DNA of 58,226 nucleotides from Candidatus Omnitrophota bacterium (GTDB lineage: Bacteria > Ratteibacteria > UBA8468 > MWAK01). Numbering within the stretch: the first letter of the stretch is position 1; every line of letters starts with the position of its first letter. Of this stretch, positions 38,009 to 47,618 are shown piece after piece. Under the pieces are notes generated by a model. The model was given only the letters and a program-made list of their open reading frames with translations, did not search any database and was not told the origin of the DNA. The stretch lies in NCBI GenBank assembly GCA_043797665.1, contig JAZDPL010000039.1, positions 1-58,226 on the forward strand. Direction: 5' to 3'. Both the position numbers and the translations under genes were made by a program.

Positions 38009-38179
38009 CTCCTACCTTCCTCCCTACATAGATGAATCCATGTCGGGGAGGGCGTGATAAAATCTTGTTACACATATGACACCTCCAAATCTGAAGTTCT
38101 CGAAGGGATAAAACCTTTTTTTCTCCTCCTCTTTTTTGTGTTGTTCTCTTGCGTAAACATTGTTACCTCCTGTTCTTGA

Positions 38180-39184
38180 TTAATGCGGGGGCGAGGTAGA
38201 TTTCCTCACCACCAGTTCTGGTTTAAAAATGACCTTTTGGACCGGTCCGTCTTCTCCTCTTTTTATTCTTTCTAAAAGGATTTCGGCAGATTTGCGACCT
38301 ATCTCATAATTAGGTTGGGAAATAGTCGTCAGGGGGATGTGGAAAAGGGATAAGAAATCGATATTGTCGTACCCTACTATGGACATATCCTCCGGTACTT
38401 TAAGGCCCTTCTCTTCCAGGGATTTCAGGATATTAATGGCGAGAAGGTCATTCCAGGCAACGATGGCGGTTGGTTTGTTCTGAAGCGAAATTAATTTCTC
38501 TAAATTATCCTTCAAGGTTTGGGTTGTGGTGTTTCCCCAATTAACCAATTCCTCTTTAAATTCTATCCCGTGGTTCTTTAGCCCTGACTGGTAACCACCC
38601 AGGAGTTGCCGGTCAGAATAGAGCTGGGAAGAGTTCCCGAAGTAGGCGATATTTTTGTGACCTAAACTTATTAGATACTCAGTAGCCATCCGGCCACCTT
38701 CAAAATCATCTTCTCCTACAAAGTCACAACTTATCCCGTCAGCCATTTCACTCATCAAAACAAAGGGGATTTGGGATTGGGTGACCATTTTGAGAAGGTT
38801 GGAATCGCTTCCAAAAGGCGTCAGAATAAGGCCGTCAACCTTTCGGGAAATTAAGGCATTTATCTGCTCTCTTTCCTCTTTCGGGTTACCTTCGTGAAGA
38901 CAGGAGATGAGGATATAGTTATTTTGTAAACAGGCATCCTGAATACCTTTGAGTCTTTGGTAGGTGGTAGGGTTTTCCAGATATGGTGTCACCAGGCCTA
39001 AAGCATTCGTTTTTTTGTTTACCAGAGAGCGCGCGATGGAGTTAGGCAAATATCCTAATTCTTCGGCTGCTTTCTTTATTTTTCTTCTTGTAACCGAAGA
39101 AACATCCTCTTTTCCGTTGAGAGCTTTTGATACGGTGGCAGTAGAAACCCCGGTTTTTTCTGCAATTTCTTTAAGCGTAGTCAT
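38180..39184 (-). CDS. LacI-family transcriptional regulator
   Basis: TLKEIAEKTGVSTATVSKALNG, Y.PN..ARSL, VPEDMSIVGYD, LTTI.QP. Confidence 0.93.
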   Translation of the reverse strand: MTTLKEIAEKTGVSTATVSKALNGKEDVSSVTRRKIKKAAEELGYLPNSIARSLVNKKTNALGLVTPYLENPTTYQRLKGIQDACLQNNYILISCLHEGNPKEEREQINALISRKVDGLILTPFGSDSNLLKMVTQSQIPFVLMSEMADGISCDFVGEDDFEGGRMATEYLISLGHKNIAYFGNSSQLYSDRQLLGGYQSGLKNHGIEFKEELVNWGNTTTQTLKDNLEKLISLQNKPTAIVAWNDLLAINILKSLEEKGLKVPEDMSIVGYDNIDFLSLFHIPLTTISQPNYEIGRKSAEILLERIKRGEDGPVQKVIFKPELVVRKSTSPPH

Positions 39185-39186
39185 TC

Positions 39187-39324
39187 TAAACGTTTTCGGA
39201 TGATATGCCAAAATGTTAGATTTATAATTTTATATTATTATACCTTAAGAATTTGATTTTGTCAAGTCCTATGGGAAAAGCCGTTGTTGTACCAATAGCC
39301 CTGTTATTTCTTAAACGTTTTCGG
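39187..39324 (-). promoter_or_regulatory. LacI promoter with two putative operators
   Basis: Minus-strand TTGACA (39260-65)-17 nt-TATAAT (39237-42); TAAACGTTTTCGG at 39187-99 and 39312-24. Confidence 0.6.
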
Positions 39325-39339
39325 GAATTAGATTGCCAC

Positions 39340-39399
39340 GCCCTGCTTATTGCATGCAGGGACAGGCTGGATTCTCGCTTAAAGCATGCGGGAATGACA
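39340..39399. repeat. CCTG micro-hairpin plus GTCATTCCCGC-type repeat arm
   Basis: CCCTGC-9 nt-GCAGGG-ACAGG followed by GGATTCTCGC-9 nt-GCGGGAATGACA. Confidence 0.7.
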
Positions 39400-39419
39400 A
39401 AACGGACAGGAATGACATA

Positions 39420-40202
39420 TTATGGGAGGAGGGAGATTCGGTTGTAGAGGCTGCCTTTTACCAATACTTTAATCTGGGAATTATCCCTGGATTGAGAACT
39501 TTCCGGACCGATGTCGTATTCCACCTCAACCAGGCCTTCTCCCTCTCCGGCCAAAAGATGACCTTCGCCAAAGTATAAGGTTCCGTTTCCGCCGCAGGCA
39601 TATTTGGCTGGTATTGGTATCGTTTCGTCGGGATTTTCCATAAGGAGGGTTCTGGTTTCTACTCCGAACTTCAGGCATTTGATACTGCGATAGGCGGTCT
39701 GGCCCTGATAGACATACCGGGTGACCATTTTGAGCGGGAGATTCATACCTTCCACCGGTGCCAGTACCGGCATCTGGCGCTGGCTGAGCCAGGAAGCATT
39801 TGGAGTGAGCGTAAATTCGGGGAGTTCCGGAAATAACCCGGAGATGAGTAAAGAGTCTTCCGGAGTGAGTCCCGATTCAATATTTCCGGTTGGACCGACC
39901 TGGCAGGAAAAGGTACGGAGAGCGGCCCGGTTCGGTTCTTCCGTATCTACCTGGAGGGTAGTGGTGCCATCCTGGTAGATTTTAATTACCTTCAGAGTGA
40001 CCATCCGGGAACTTTCTAGATTTATCGGTGTTCCCTGGCTGGCACCACTTTGCGTCGTCAGGCTGCCCTTAAACTCCACCCTGTACCGCAGGGTCTGGTC
40101 CGGCTGAAACTGGTAACGCGGTGTCAGGGTAGGCTCAGCCCAGGCCAGCCGGGAAAGAAATAGTAAAACCAGTAATAATAATCCGTGTTTGACAGTAGGC
40201 AT
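39420..40202 (-). CDS. Hypothetical secreted protein
   Basis: Signal peptide (LLLLVLLFLSRLAWA); beta-strand-rich body. Confidence 0.6.
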   Translation of the reverse strand: MPTVKHGLLLLVLLFLSRLAWAEPTLTPRYQFQPDQTLRYRVEFKGSLTTQSGASQGTPINLESSRMVTLKVIKIYQDGTTTLQVDTEEPNRAALRTFSCQVGPTGNIESGLTPEDSLLISGLFPELPEFTLTPNASWLSQRQMPVLAPVEGMNLPLKMVTRYVYQGQTAYRSIKCLKFGVETRTLLMENPDETIPIPAKYACGGNGTLYFGEGHLLAGEGEGLVEVEYDIGPESSQSRDNSQIKVLVKGSLYNRISLLP

Positions 40203-40215
40203 CTTATAAAGAAGC

Positions 40216-40241
40216 GATTCTTCGCTACGCTCAGAATGACA
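40216..40241. repeat. Half TGTCATTC-type repeat
   Basis: GATTCTTCGCTACGCTCAGAATGACA. Confidence 0.75.
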
Positions 40242-40243
40242 AC

Positions 40244-40870
40244 TTAATTTCGGGCGTTGCGGACGAAGAGAGACATTTTTTCCCGGCTTTTTAAACCGGT
40301 CTTCTCCTCCACACCGCTGGCAACGTCTACCGCAAAGGGATTTACTTGCCGGCAGGCTTCAGTCACATTTTCCGGAGTAAGGCCGCCGGCCAGAAATATG
40401 GGGCGGTGAAACCGCTTTGCCTGAACTGCTAAATCCCAGGGGAAAGTCTCGCCGGTTCCGCCGTAGAGTTTATCACTTTTGGTGTCCAGAAGGAAATAGT
40501 CAACCGTCTCCCGGTATTGTTTTAGTACCTCTAAGTCTTTGGTTGTCGCAAGCCTAAACGCTTTTATTATTGGTTTTCCGATTCTTGTTTTTACCTTCCG
40601 GCAGAATTCCGGGGATTCGTCGCCGTGCAACTGGACCAGGTCCAGACCACAATCTTTTACGAGCCGGGCAATTTCGTCCGGCTCGCTGTTGACAAAGAGA
40701 GCCACTTTTTGGCAGGATTTGGCTTCTGTAACCAGTTCCTTCATCTGGTCCGGGGAGACATAACGCGGACTTTTAGGGTAGAGGTTGAACCCGATAAAGT
40801 TCGCTTTCAATTCTTCTGCCCACCTGACTTCTTCCGGGGTCCGTAGTCCGCAGAACTTAATCTTAACCAT
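40244..40870 (-). CDS. trpF: Phosphoribosylanthranilate isomerase
   Basis: KIKFCG, SPRYV, VQLHGDE, GGTG, LAGGL.PENV, VDVASGVE. Confidence 0.95.
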   Translation of the reverse strand: MVKIKFCGLRTPEEVRWAEELKANFIGFNLYPKSPRYVSPDQMKELVTEAKSCQKVALFVNSEPDEIARLVKDCGLDLVQLHGDESPEFCRKVKTRIGKPIIKAFRLATTKDLEVLKQYRETVDYFLLDTKSDKLYGGTGETFPWDLAVQAKRFHRPIFLAGGLTPENVTEACRQVNPFAVDVASGVEEKTGLKSREKMSLFVRNARN

Positions 40871-40893
40871 CTAATAAGAATTTGACGTCAAGG

Positions 40894-40940
40894 GTAGCGG
40901 TGCGATTTATCGCACAAAGTCGCATAAATGCGACCGCTAC
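40894..40940. repeat. GTAG-type REP doublet variant
   Basis: GTAGCGGTGCGATTTATCGCACAAAGTCGCATAAATGCGACCGCTAC. Confidence 0.8.
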
Positions 40941-40943
40941 AAA

Positions 40944-43208
40944 TTATATTGCATTCAGAATGTAGCGCTTGCCGGGGGCGGTCTGATAGAATACGGTTCG
41001 GGACAGCCTTTTTGTCTTTTTAATTGTTTTCTTCCCCGAAGAAAGAATTATCTTTGCCGGCTTGGGTAGTTGGATTCGGCACACCCCGCCTTTCCGGGAG
41101 AAAACACGGACCTCAGTAATTTTTCCTTCCTGCCAGGAGATGTCAATTTCAAAACCGCCCCGGGCACACAGACCGGTAACCTTTCCGGTTCGCCAGGAGG
41201 GCGGAAGCGCCGGCAGAACCCGGAGGATTCCTGCGTGAGACTGAAGGAGCATCTCCGCGATGGCTGCGGTTCCGCCCAGGTTGCCGTCTATCTGGAATAT
41301 CCTTGGCGGATGGAGGTCAAGGAGGGTGTCGGTGGTGAATTTGGATAAGAGGTAGTGGAGACTCTGGAGCGCCCGAAACCCTTTGCCTAACCGGGCAAAA
41401 GAACAGGCTAACCAGGCGCTGCTCCAGCCGGTATGGCCGCCGCCATGTGCCAACCGGGATTCTAATGATATTTCCACGGCTTTAGCCAATTTTGGAGTTT
41501 TATCTATGGTAATCTGGTCACCCGGAAAGAAGCCGAAGAGATGGGAGAGGTGCCGGTGTCCTGGTTCAGCCTCCTGGTAGTCTTCTAACCATTCCTGTAA
41601 CTGGCCGTATTTACCACTTCGCAACGGCGGAAGTTTTTTTAGAATATGGCGCCATTTTTTCCGCTTCCCTTCGTCTACGTTCAGGAGCCTGCCGGCAGAT
41701 ATCGCGTGGGTTAGGACGTCATAAATCAGTTCTATTTCCATGGTGGCACCGATACAGAGCGATACCGGGCTGGTGCCTCCCACAAAGGTATTCTCCGGAG
41801 ACTGGGAGGGTACCGGCACCAGAAAACCGTCCTGGTCCCGGACCAGAAAGTCTTCGTAAAAGGCCGCCACCTCTTTCAAAAAAGGATAGGCGCGGTCCTT
41901 CAAGAAGTTCTTGTCTAAAGTGTACTCATAATGCCACCAGAAGTGCTGACCCAGCCAGGCAGCCGCACCGGTCCAGACGTCCCAGCCGCGTGCTTCCGGA
42001 GTCGCCCGTCCCCAGGGGTCGGTCTGGATGGGCAGGTAGACACCTTTACAACCGTAGATCTTCCGGGAAACTTCTCTACCGTGCGGAACAAACCGCTCTA
42101 AGTGGTCAAAGAGGGGGTTAGTACATTCGGAAAGATTGCAAACCTCGGCCGGCCAGTAGTTCATCTGGAGGTTAATGTCCTGGTGTAAATCGCAGTCCCA
42201 CGGTGGTCTAATCTCTTCGTTCCACTTGCCTTGTAAGTTTGCCGGGAGTTTTGATTTTGGGGAACTGCTGGTTAAAAGGAGGTACCGGCCGAAATTGAAA
42301 TAGAGTGCGTAGATACTGTAATCGTTGCGCCCCCACCGAAGTCCTTCCAGACGCTGGTCCGTGGGTGTTTCGTCATTTGGTTCGCCTATCTGCAGGCTGA
42401 CCCGGTGGTAGAACTTTTGATGTTCTTTAACGTGGCTTTCCACTAATTCTGCCCAGGAAAGCGGGATGGAGTTTAGTTCCTTATCGCAGGCCGGTATCGG
42501 GTCCTCGCCGTCCAACGAAACCGAGGCGGTAAGAAAGAGAAGGGTTTCCCGGCAGTTCTGGATTTTAAGGGTCTTTATTCCAAACTTAATTCCTTCCGGA
42601 AAGGCTCCGGTAAAGATAACCTGGTTATCTTTTGTTAATGCGGTTATCCGGCACTCCGGGTCTTCAGACCGGGTAAGAGATATTTCGGTGTTAAGCAATC
42701 CGTTCCCAACGGCGTTCTCAACGGAGAGGCGGATGCAGATTAAGTTATGTACCGCGTGGACAAAATATTCCCGGCGAAATTTAGTATGAGCAACGGTATA
42801 GGAGACGGTAACCAGCGCCTTCTCCAGGTCGAGTTCCCTGCGGTAATCGGAGACATCTTTATGACCAAAATTGAGGAACAGGTCCGCCAGGGGCTGATAA
42901 GGGTCAACCCGGTTACGCTGGCCTTTTGCGGTGAGTATTCCTCCTAATCCGCCTAATTTTTCGTTTGCTAACGTCGCGGCTTCCAAGACCTTACCCGCAA
43001 AAAAGAGGCGCCGGATTTCTTTTAAATTCTGATATTTTGGTTCGACGTCCCTTTTGCGGTTCTTGCCCCGCCACAGTAATTCGTGGTTGAGCGCTATCCG
43101 TTCCCGGGGAACTCCACCCATAACCATTCCGGCTAAGATACCGTTGCCTATGGGCAAGCCTTCCTTCCATTCCGAGGCGGGTTTTTTATACCAGAGTAAG
43201 GAATTCAT
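40944..43208 (-). CDS. GH95 alpha-L-fucosidase-like glycoside hydrolase
   Basis: LPIGNG, GRYLL, PANLQG.WN, INLQMNYW, SPEN, GQLQEW, HRHLSHL, FQIDGN.G..A.IAEMLLQSH. Confidence 0.92.
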   Translation of the reverse strand: MNSLLWYKKPASEWKEGLPIGNGILAGMVMGGVPRERIALNHELLWRGKNRKRDVEPKYQNLKEIRRLFFAGKVLEAATLANEKLGGLGGILTAKGQRNRVDPYQPLADLFLNFGHKDVSDYRRELDLEKALVTVSYTVAHTKFRREYFVHAVHNLICIRLSVENAVGNGLLNTEISLTRSEDPECRITALTKDNQVIFTGAFPEGIKFGIKTLKIQNCRETLLFLTASVSLDGEDPIPACDKELNSIPLSWAELVESHVKEHQKFYHRVSLQIGEPNDETPTDQRLEGLRWGRNDYSIYALYFNFGRYLLLTSSSPKSKLPANLQGKWNEEIRPPWDCDLHQDINLQMNYWPAEVCNLSECTNPLFDHLERFVPHGREVSRKIYGCKGVYLPIQTDPWGRATPEARGWDVWTGAAAWLGQHFWWHYEYTLDKNFLKDRAYPFLKEVAAFYEDFLVRDQDGFLVPVPSQSPENTFVGGTSPVSLCIGATMEIELIYDVLTHAISAGRLLNVDEGKRKKWRHILKKLPPLRSGKYGQLQEWLEDYQEAEPGHRHLSHLFGFFPGDQITIDKTPKLAKAVEISLESRLAHGGGHTGWSSAWLACSFARLGKGFRALQSLHYLLSKFTTDTLLDLHPPRIFQIDGNLGGTAAIAEMLLQSHAGILRVLPALPPSWRTGKVTGLCARGGFEIDISWQEGKITEVRVFSRKGGVCRIQLPKPAKIILSSGKKTIKKTKRLSRTVFYQTAPGKRYILNAI

Positions 43209-43999
43209 CTGTGGCAGGTACCGGATAAACCGGAAACGAACTTTTTGGCTGCGGACAAGTAATCCTTCCCGGCTTTTTCTATGCAGGCAAGAAGCGCACT
43301 GCCCACGATGATGCCGTCAACAAAGGGAAGTATTGTTCTTGCCTGGTCCGGGTTACTCACGCCAAAACCCAGACAGACCGGTTTTTTGGTATAGCGCCGG
43401 ATGTGGGAAATCTTTTTACTGATGTTTACCGGCAGAGATTTCCGGGCACCGGTGACACCGGTAACCGAGACGTAATAGATAAAGGGATAACTCTTCCGGC
43501 TGACTAATTTTATTCTTTCGGTGGTACTGGTCGGCGCTAAGAGAAAGATAACGCCGATATCCGATTTTCCGGTTAGCCGGAGCAGGGGTTCTGCCTCGTC
43601 CGGCGGTAAATCCGGAATAATTAAGCCATCCACGCCAACCTTCTGACAATCCGTAACGAACCTGGCTAACCCGTAGGCTAAAACCGGATTGTAGTAGCCC
43701 ATCAGGACAAGGGGTATCCGGCTCTCTTTTCTGATCTGAGACACGGTTCCCAGTATTCTGGTCAGGGTCGTTCCCTGCGCCAGGGCGGCGGCGCTGGTCT
43801 TCTGGATGGTGACGCCGTCTGCGATAGGGTCGGAGAAGGGCACGCCTAATTCTATGATGTCCGCACCGGCCCGTTCTAATTCCGGCACTAACCTTCTGGT
43901 TGCGGCAAGGTTGGGATAACCTGCGGTAATATAAAGAATCAGCGTCTTTTTATTCTCTTTCTTCAGTCTCTGAAACTTCTCTTCAATCCGATTCATCAT
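43205..43999 (-). CDS. trpA: Tryptophan synthase alpha chain
   Basis: ELGVPFSDPIADG, LMGYYNP, PDLP, VTGVTG, GFGV, DGIIVGSA. Confidence 0.97.
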   Translation of the reverse strand: MMNRIEEKFQRLKKENKKTLILYITAGYPNLAATRRLVPELERAGADIIELGVPFSDPIADGVTIQKTSAAALAQGTTLTRILGTVSQIRKESRIPLVLMGYYNPVLAYGLARFVTDCQKVGVDGLIIPDLPPDEAEPLLRLTGKSDIGVIFLLAPTSTTERIKLVSRKSYPFIYYVSVTGVTGARKSLPVNISKKISHIRRYTKKPVCLGFGVSNPDQARTILPFVDGIIVGSALLACIEKAGKDYLSAAKKFVSGLSGTCHR

Positions 44000-44004
44000 T
44001 CTTT

Positions 44005-44068
44005 TGTCATTCTGAGGCGTCAGCCGAAGAATCCAAAAAATAGATTCTTCGTTTCACTCAGAATGACA
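44005..44068. repeat. TGTCATTC-type palindromic doublet
   Basis: TGTCATTCTGAGGCG..GAAGAATC...GATTCTTCGTTTCACTCAGAATGACA between trpB and trpA. Confidence 0.85.
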
Positions 44069-44074
44069 TATGCC

Positions 44075-45250
44075 CTATGTAGTATTTTCTACTCTAAGTA
44101 CTTCTTCTAAGTCCTTGTCGCCCCGGCCGGAGAGACACAAAACCACTAATTTTCGCCGGAAATCTTTCTTTGTTTTTACTAAATAAGCTAAGGCGTGGGC
44201 TGGTTCTAAAGCCGGAATAATTCCTTCCTTTTCCGAGAGAAGGTGGAAGGCCGAGAGCGCTTCTTTATCCGTAACCGAAACGTACTTTGCCCGGCTGCTG
44301 TCTTTGTAAAAACTGTGCTCCGGACCTACCCCGGGATAGTCTAAACCGGCGGCGACGGAATGGGCAATCTTGACCTGACCGTCCTTGTCCTGAAGGAGGT
44401 AACTGTAACTGCCGTGGAGCACCCCGGGTTTGCCGGCGCCCAGGGTTACGGAATGGTGTCCGCTCTTTATTCCCAGGCCGGCGGCCTCAACTCCGATGAA
44501 GTCTACCTTATCCCGGTAAAAAGGATAAAACAGTCCTAAACTGTTACTGCCTCCGCCTACGCAAGCGCACAAAATATCAGGTAGACGACCTTCCACTTTC
44601 AAAATCTGTCTTCTGGTCTCCTCGCCGATAACCGACTGAAAATCGCGGACGATGTCAGGAAAGGGATGCGGTCCCACCACCGAACCTAAAAGGTAATGGG
44701 TGTTCCGGACGTTGGTAACCCAGTCGCGCATTGCTTCATTGATGGCGTCCTTCAGGGTCTGGCTGCCGGATTCCACCGGTACCACCGTAGCGCCCAGGAG
44801 TTTCATCCGGTAGACGTTTGGTTTCTGGCGTTCCACATCGACCTTACCCATATAGACTACGCATTTTAAGTTAAGGAGCGCACCGGCAAGGGCAGTGGCG
44901 ACACCGTGCTGACCCGCACCGGTCTCAGCCACGATTCTGGTTTTGCCCATCATCTTGGCTAAGAGCGCCTGACCCAACGTATTATTTATCTTGTGCGCAC
45001 CGGAATGGAGCAGGTCTTCCCGTTTCAGGTAGAGTTTAAATCCTAATGCCGGCGAGAGGTTTTCCGCAAAGTAGAGGGGGGTGGGTCGGCCGGCGTAGTT
45101 AGTCAGAAGGTAAGAGAGCCGCTTCTTAAACCGCTGGCTCCGGCCGATTGTGCAATAGGCGGATTCTAATTCCTGGAGCGCCGGGATTAAGGTCTCCGGC
45201 ACAAACCTGCCGCCAAAATCCCCGAAATACCCCTTCTTCCCCATCTTCAT
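44075..45250 (-). CDS. trpB: Tryptophan synthase beta chain
   Basis: [46 protein letters not shown]. Confidence 0.97.
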   Translation of the reverse strand: MKMGKKGYFGDFGGRFVPETLIPALQELESAYCTIGRSQRFKKRLSYLLTNYAGRPTPLYFAENLSPALGFKLYLKREDLLHSGAHKINNTLGQALLAKMMGKTRIVAETGAGQHGVATALAGALLNLKCVVYMGKVDVERQKPNVYRMKLLGATVVPVESGSQTLKDAINEAMRDWVTNVRNTHYLLGSVVGPHPFPDIVRDFQSVIGEETRRQILKVEGRLPDILCACVGGGSNSLGLFYPFYRDKVDFIGVEAAGLGIKSGHHSVTLGAGKPGVLHGSYSYLLQDKDGQVKIAHSVAAGLDYPGVGPEHSFYKDSSRAKYVSVTDKEALSAFHLLSEKEGIIPALEPAHALAYLVKTKKDFRRKLVVLCLSGRGDKDLEEVLRVENTT

Positions 45251-46056
45251 TTTTCTGGCTGGGGTGCCGGCGCGATCTTTCCCGCCATCTTCTTCATCAT
45301 TTCGGTCATGTCCATTACCTGAACACCTTCCGGTACCTTGAAGGTAAATAATTCCGGAGAAAGGTTCTGGTTAGTCTTGACATTTTTCATCTCAACGGAC
45401 ATCACCGTCTTCCCTTCCTGGGAATAAAATTCCGTTAACTCCGGGAAAGAGGATGTTTTATTGACCCAGATACCGATGCCCTGAAAAGGCATATTTGCCG
45501 GCAGGTTAACTCCCGCGCCGGACATGCTGCTCTTTTGGACAAAGTTGGCGATGTCCGTGGTTTCCAGAAAGTAATAACCCTTGCCGTCTTTTTCCTTTTC
45601 GCTGATCTGATAAGATACCTCCGGAAGGGAATAGAGCGGTTTTGACATTGAACCCATCATTCCTTCTTTTATTTTTCCTTCCAGAGAAGCAAAGTCTATT
45701 TTAGTCACCATATTCATCATCGGCATTAACTGCCACATCGTCTTGCCGTCAAAAACCATCAGCATCTTCATCGGTTCGGTAGTCGGCGCCCCCATACTGC
45801 CGGCCGGCATAGTCATTTCCATTCGGAAGAGTTTTTCTTTCTGCCAAACCGTGCCCTCCATCTTCATGGTGGTGCCCATCATCTCCATATTGAGAGCCAT
45901 GTCGGCCTGAAAGTCCTTAGCATTACCCCAGCACTCTTTGATTTTGGCTGAGATTTGTTCTGCGGTCATCGTCTGGCTGAAGCCCGGCGTCAGGAATGCC
46001 AGCCCGATAATTCCCGCAAAAACCAAAACCATCCCTTTTCTTAATCCCTTCTTCAT
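45247..46056 (-). CDS. LolA-like exported protein (lipoprotein carrier fold)
   Basis: Signal peptide; FRME..., VFDGKTMW, C-terminal [15 protein letters not shown]. Confidence 0.65.
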   Translation of the reverse strand: MKKGLRKGMVLVFAGIIGLAFLTPGFSQTMTAEQISAKIKECWGNAKDFQADMALNMEMMGTTMKMEGTVWQKEKLFRMEMTMPAGSMGAPTTEPMKMLMVFDGKTMWQLMPMMNMVTKIDFASLEGKIKEGMMGSMSKPLYSLPEVSYQISEKEKDGKGYYFLETTDIANFVQKSSMSGAGVNLPANMPFQGIGIWVNKTSSFPELTEFYSQEGKTVMSVEMKNVKTNQNLSPELFTFKVPEGVQVMDMTEMMKKMAGKIAPAPQPEK

Positions 46057-46160
46057 CTCTCCCCCTATTTTTTAATCTTTAAATGGATAGTATACCACAT
46101 TTTTCATCCACTTCTGCAGAATGAGCAACAGAAAGGGTTCTGTGTGGTACAATATATCCG

Positions 46161-47159
46161 GTGAAGATAGGGTTATTGGGGTATTCCGGCAGCGGTAAGA
46201 CCACGCTGTCCGCAATTCTGGCTGGTAAGAGGGTGGAGAGTTTTGACCCTCTTAAGCCGGCAATGTTGGCAATAAAGTTGGTTGATGTGCGCCTGAAACG
46301 GTTAGCCGAAATTCTGAAATCACCCAAATCCTCCTCTCCCGAAGTTACTCTTTTTGACTTTAAGGGCGTACCGAAAGAGACCGGGTTTGGCGAAAAGGAA
46401 CTGGCCGGTTTCCTGGAGGTGGATTTGGTGTTACAGGTGGTAGGTGGATTTCCTGAAGGCGGTCAGCCGGCCAGCGACCTGGAATCCCTCCAGTTAGAAC
46501 TTATCTTTCATGATATTGAACGTCTGTCCGGTTTAACCGAAAAACGGAACGCCGAGATAAAGCAGGGCAGACGCAAAGATAACCCACTTGAAGAAGGTGT
46601 TTTAGAGAAAACAAAAAACTGGTTGGAATCAGAAAAGCCGGTACGGCTCCTTCATTTGACGCCGGGCATCTTTAATCCGCCGGAGAAGGTTTTTCTTTCC
46701 TCCCTGGGTTTGATTACCACTAAGGATATGATGGTTCTGTTAAACGGGAAGGCCGAACCTTCCGGGAAGACCGGGTCTTCGGAATTTTCGGGAACCAGCC
46801 AAAGATTTTCTTTACCAACCTTATCCTGGGACCTTCCGGACGAAACCTCCCGGCAGGAAAAATCTTCTCAATTCTGGTCTAATATCCTTTCGGCAGCCGG
46901 TTTAATCACCTTCTATACGTTCAACGCAAAAGAGGTCAGAGCCTGGTTCTTACGTAAAGGCGCGACTGCTTTAGAGGCAGCCGGCCAGATTCATACCGAC
47001 ATTGCGCACGGGTTCATCCGGGCCGAGGTGGTTAACTACGCAGACTTTGAGCGGTTGGGTTCTTCCGTCGCCTGCCGGGAGAAAGGGCTTTTGCGGTTAG
47101 AAGGCAAGGAATATCCGGTTGCCGACGGCGACCTCCTCCAGATTCGTTTCTCTCGTTAG
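46161..47159 (+). CDS. ychF: YchF/Obg-like P-loop NTPase with DUF933/TGS C-terminus (divergent)
   Basis: GYSGSGKT, DxxG, EVRAW..GATA.EAAGQIHTD..GFIRAEV, RLEGKEY.V.DGD. Confidence 0.7.
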   Translation: MKIGLLGYSGSGKTTLSAILAGKRVESFDPLKPAMLAIKLVDVRLKRLAEILKSPKSSSPEVTLFDFKGVPKETGFGEKELAGFLEVDLVLQVVGGFPEGGQPASDLESLQLELIFHDIERLSGLTEKRNAEIKQGRRKDNPLEEGVLEKTKNWLESEKPVRLLHLTPGIFNPPEKVFLSSLGLITTKDMMVLLNGKAEPSGKTGSSEFSGTSQRFSLPTLSWDLPDETSRQEKSSQFWSNILSAAGLITFYTFNAKEVRAWFLRKGATALEAAGQIHTDIAHGFIRAEVVNYADFERLGSSVACREKGLLRLEGKEYPVADGDLLQIRFSR

Positions 47160-47169
47160 TCCCCTATTT
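47098..47169 (+). repeat. Direct repeat, copy 1 (3' end of the ychF-like gene)
   Basis: Matches 48163-48238 with 5 substitutions and a 4-nt indel. Confidence 0.9.
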
Positions 47170-47180
47170 CCCCCCCTTCC

Positions 47181-47373
47181 TTAGATACGCACCCGGACTT
47201 CTTCTCCGATCTTTTCTGATAGATAAACCTTGATCAGGGATTGGTAAGGGGTCCCTTTTTTATTGGCGATGGTTTTTAACTGGTTCAGAAGATAGCGGGG
47301 CATCTTGATAGAAATCATCTTTCTCTTCCACCTCATCTTTAAATCCCGGCCCGCTCTTTAATCTTCTCTTCAT
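47181..47373 (-). pseudogene. BrnA/CopG-like antitoxin remnant with internal deletion
   Basis: MKRRLKSGPGFKDEVEE is joined out of frame to MISIKMPRYLLNQLKTIANKKGTPYQSLIKVYLSEK. Confidence 0.65.
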
Positions 47374-47618
47374 AAAATCTTCTCTCCTTTCGGCTCATTA
47401 TATACCATATTTTTTTATTTCGTCAAGGGCAGCGAATTTTTGTGTCCGCCCTTAGTATTTCAAGGAGAACCGATTACCTTACCAAACGCAAGTAGTTTTG
47501 CATTTGGTAATACTATATGCAAGTATGCAAGGGGAAAAGTATCCGGAAGGCAAAAATTAGGTTGTCTGCCGGGACATTTTTTTGATTTCCGGATAAACCC
47601 ATGTTATAATTATCTTGA

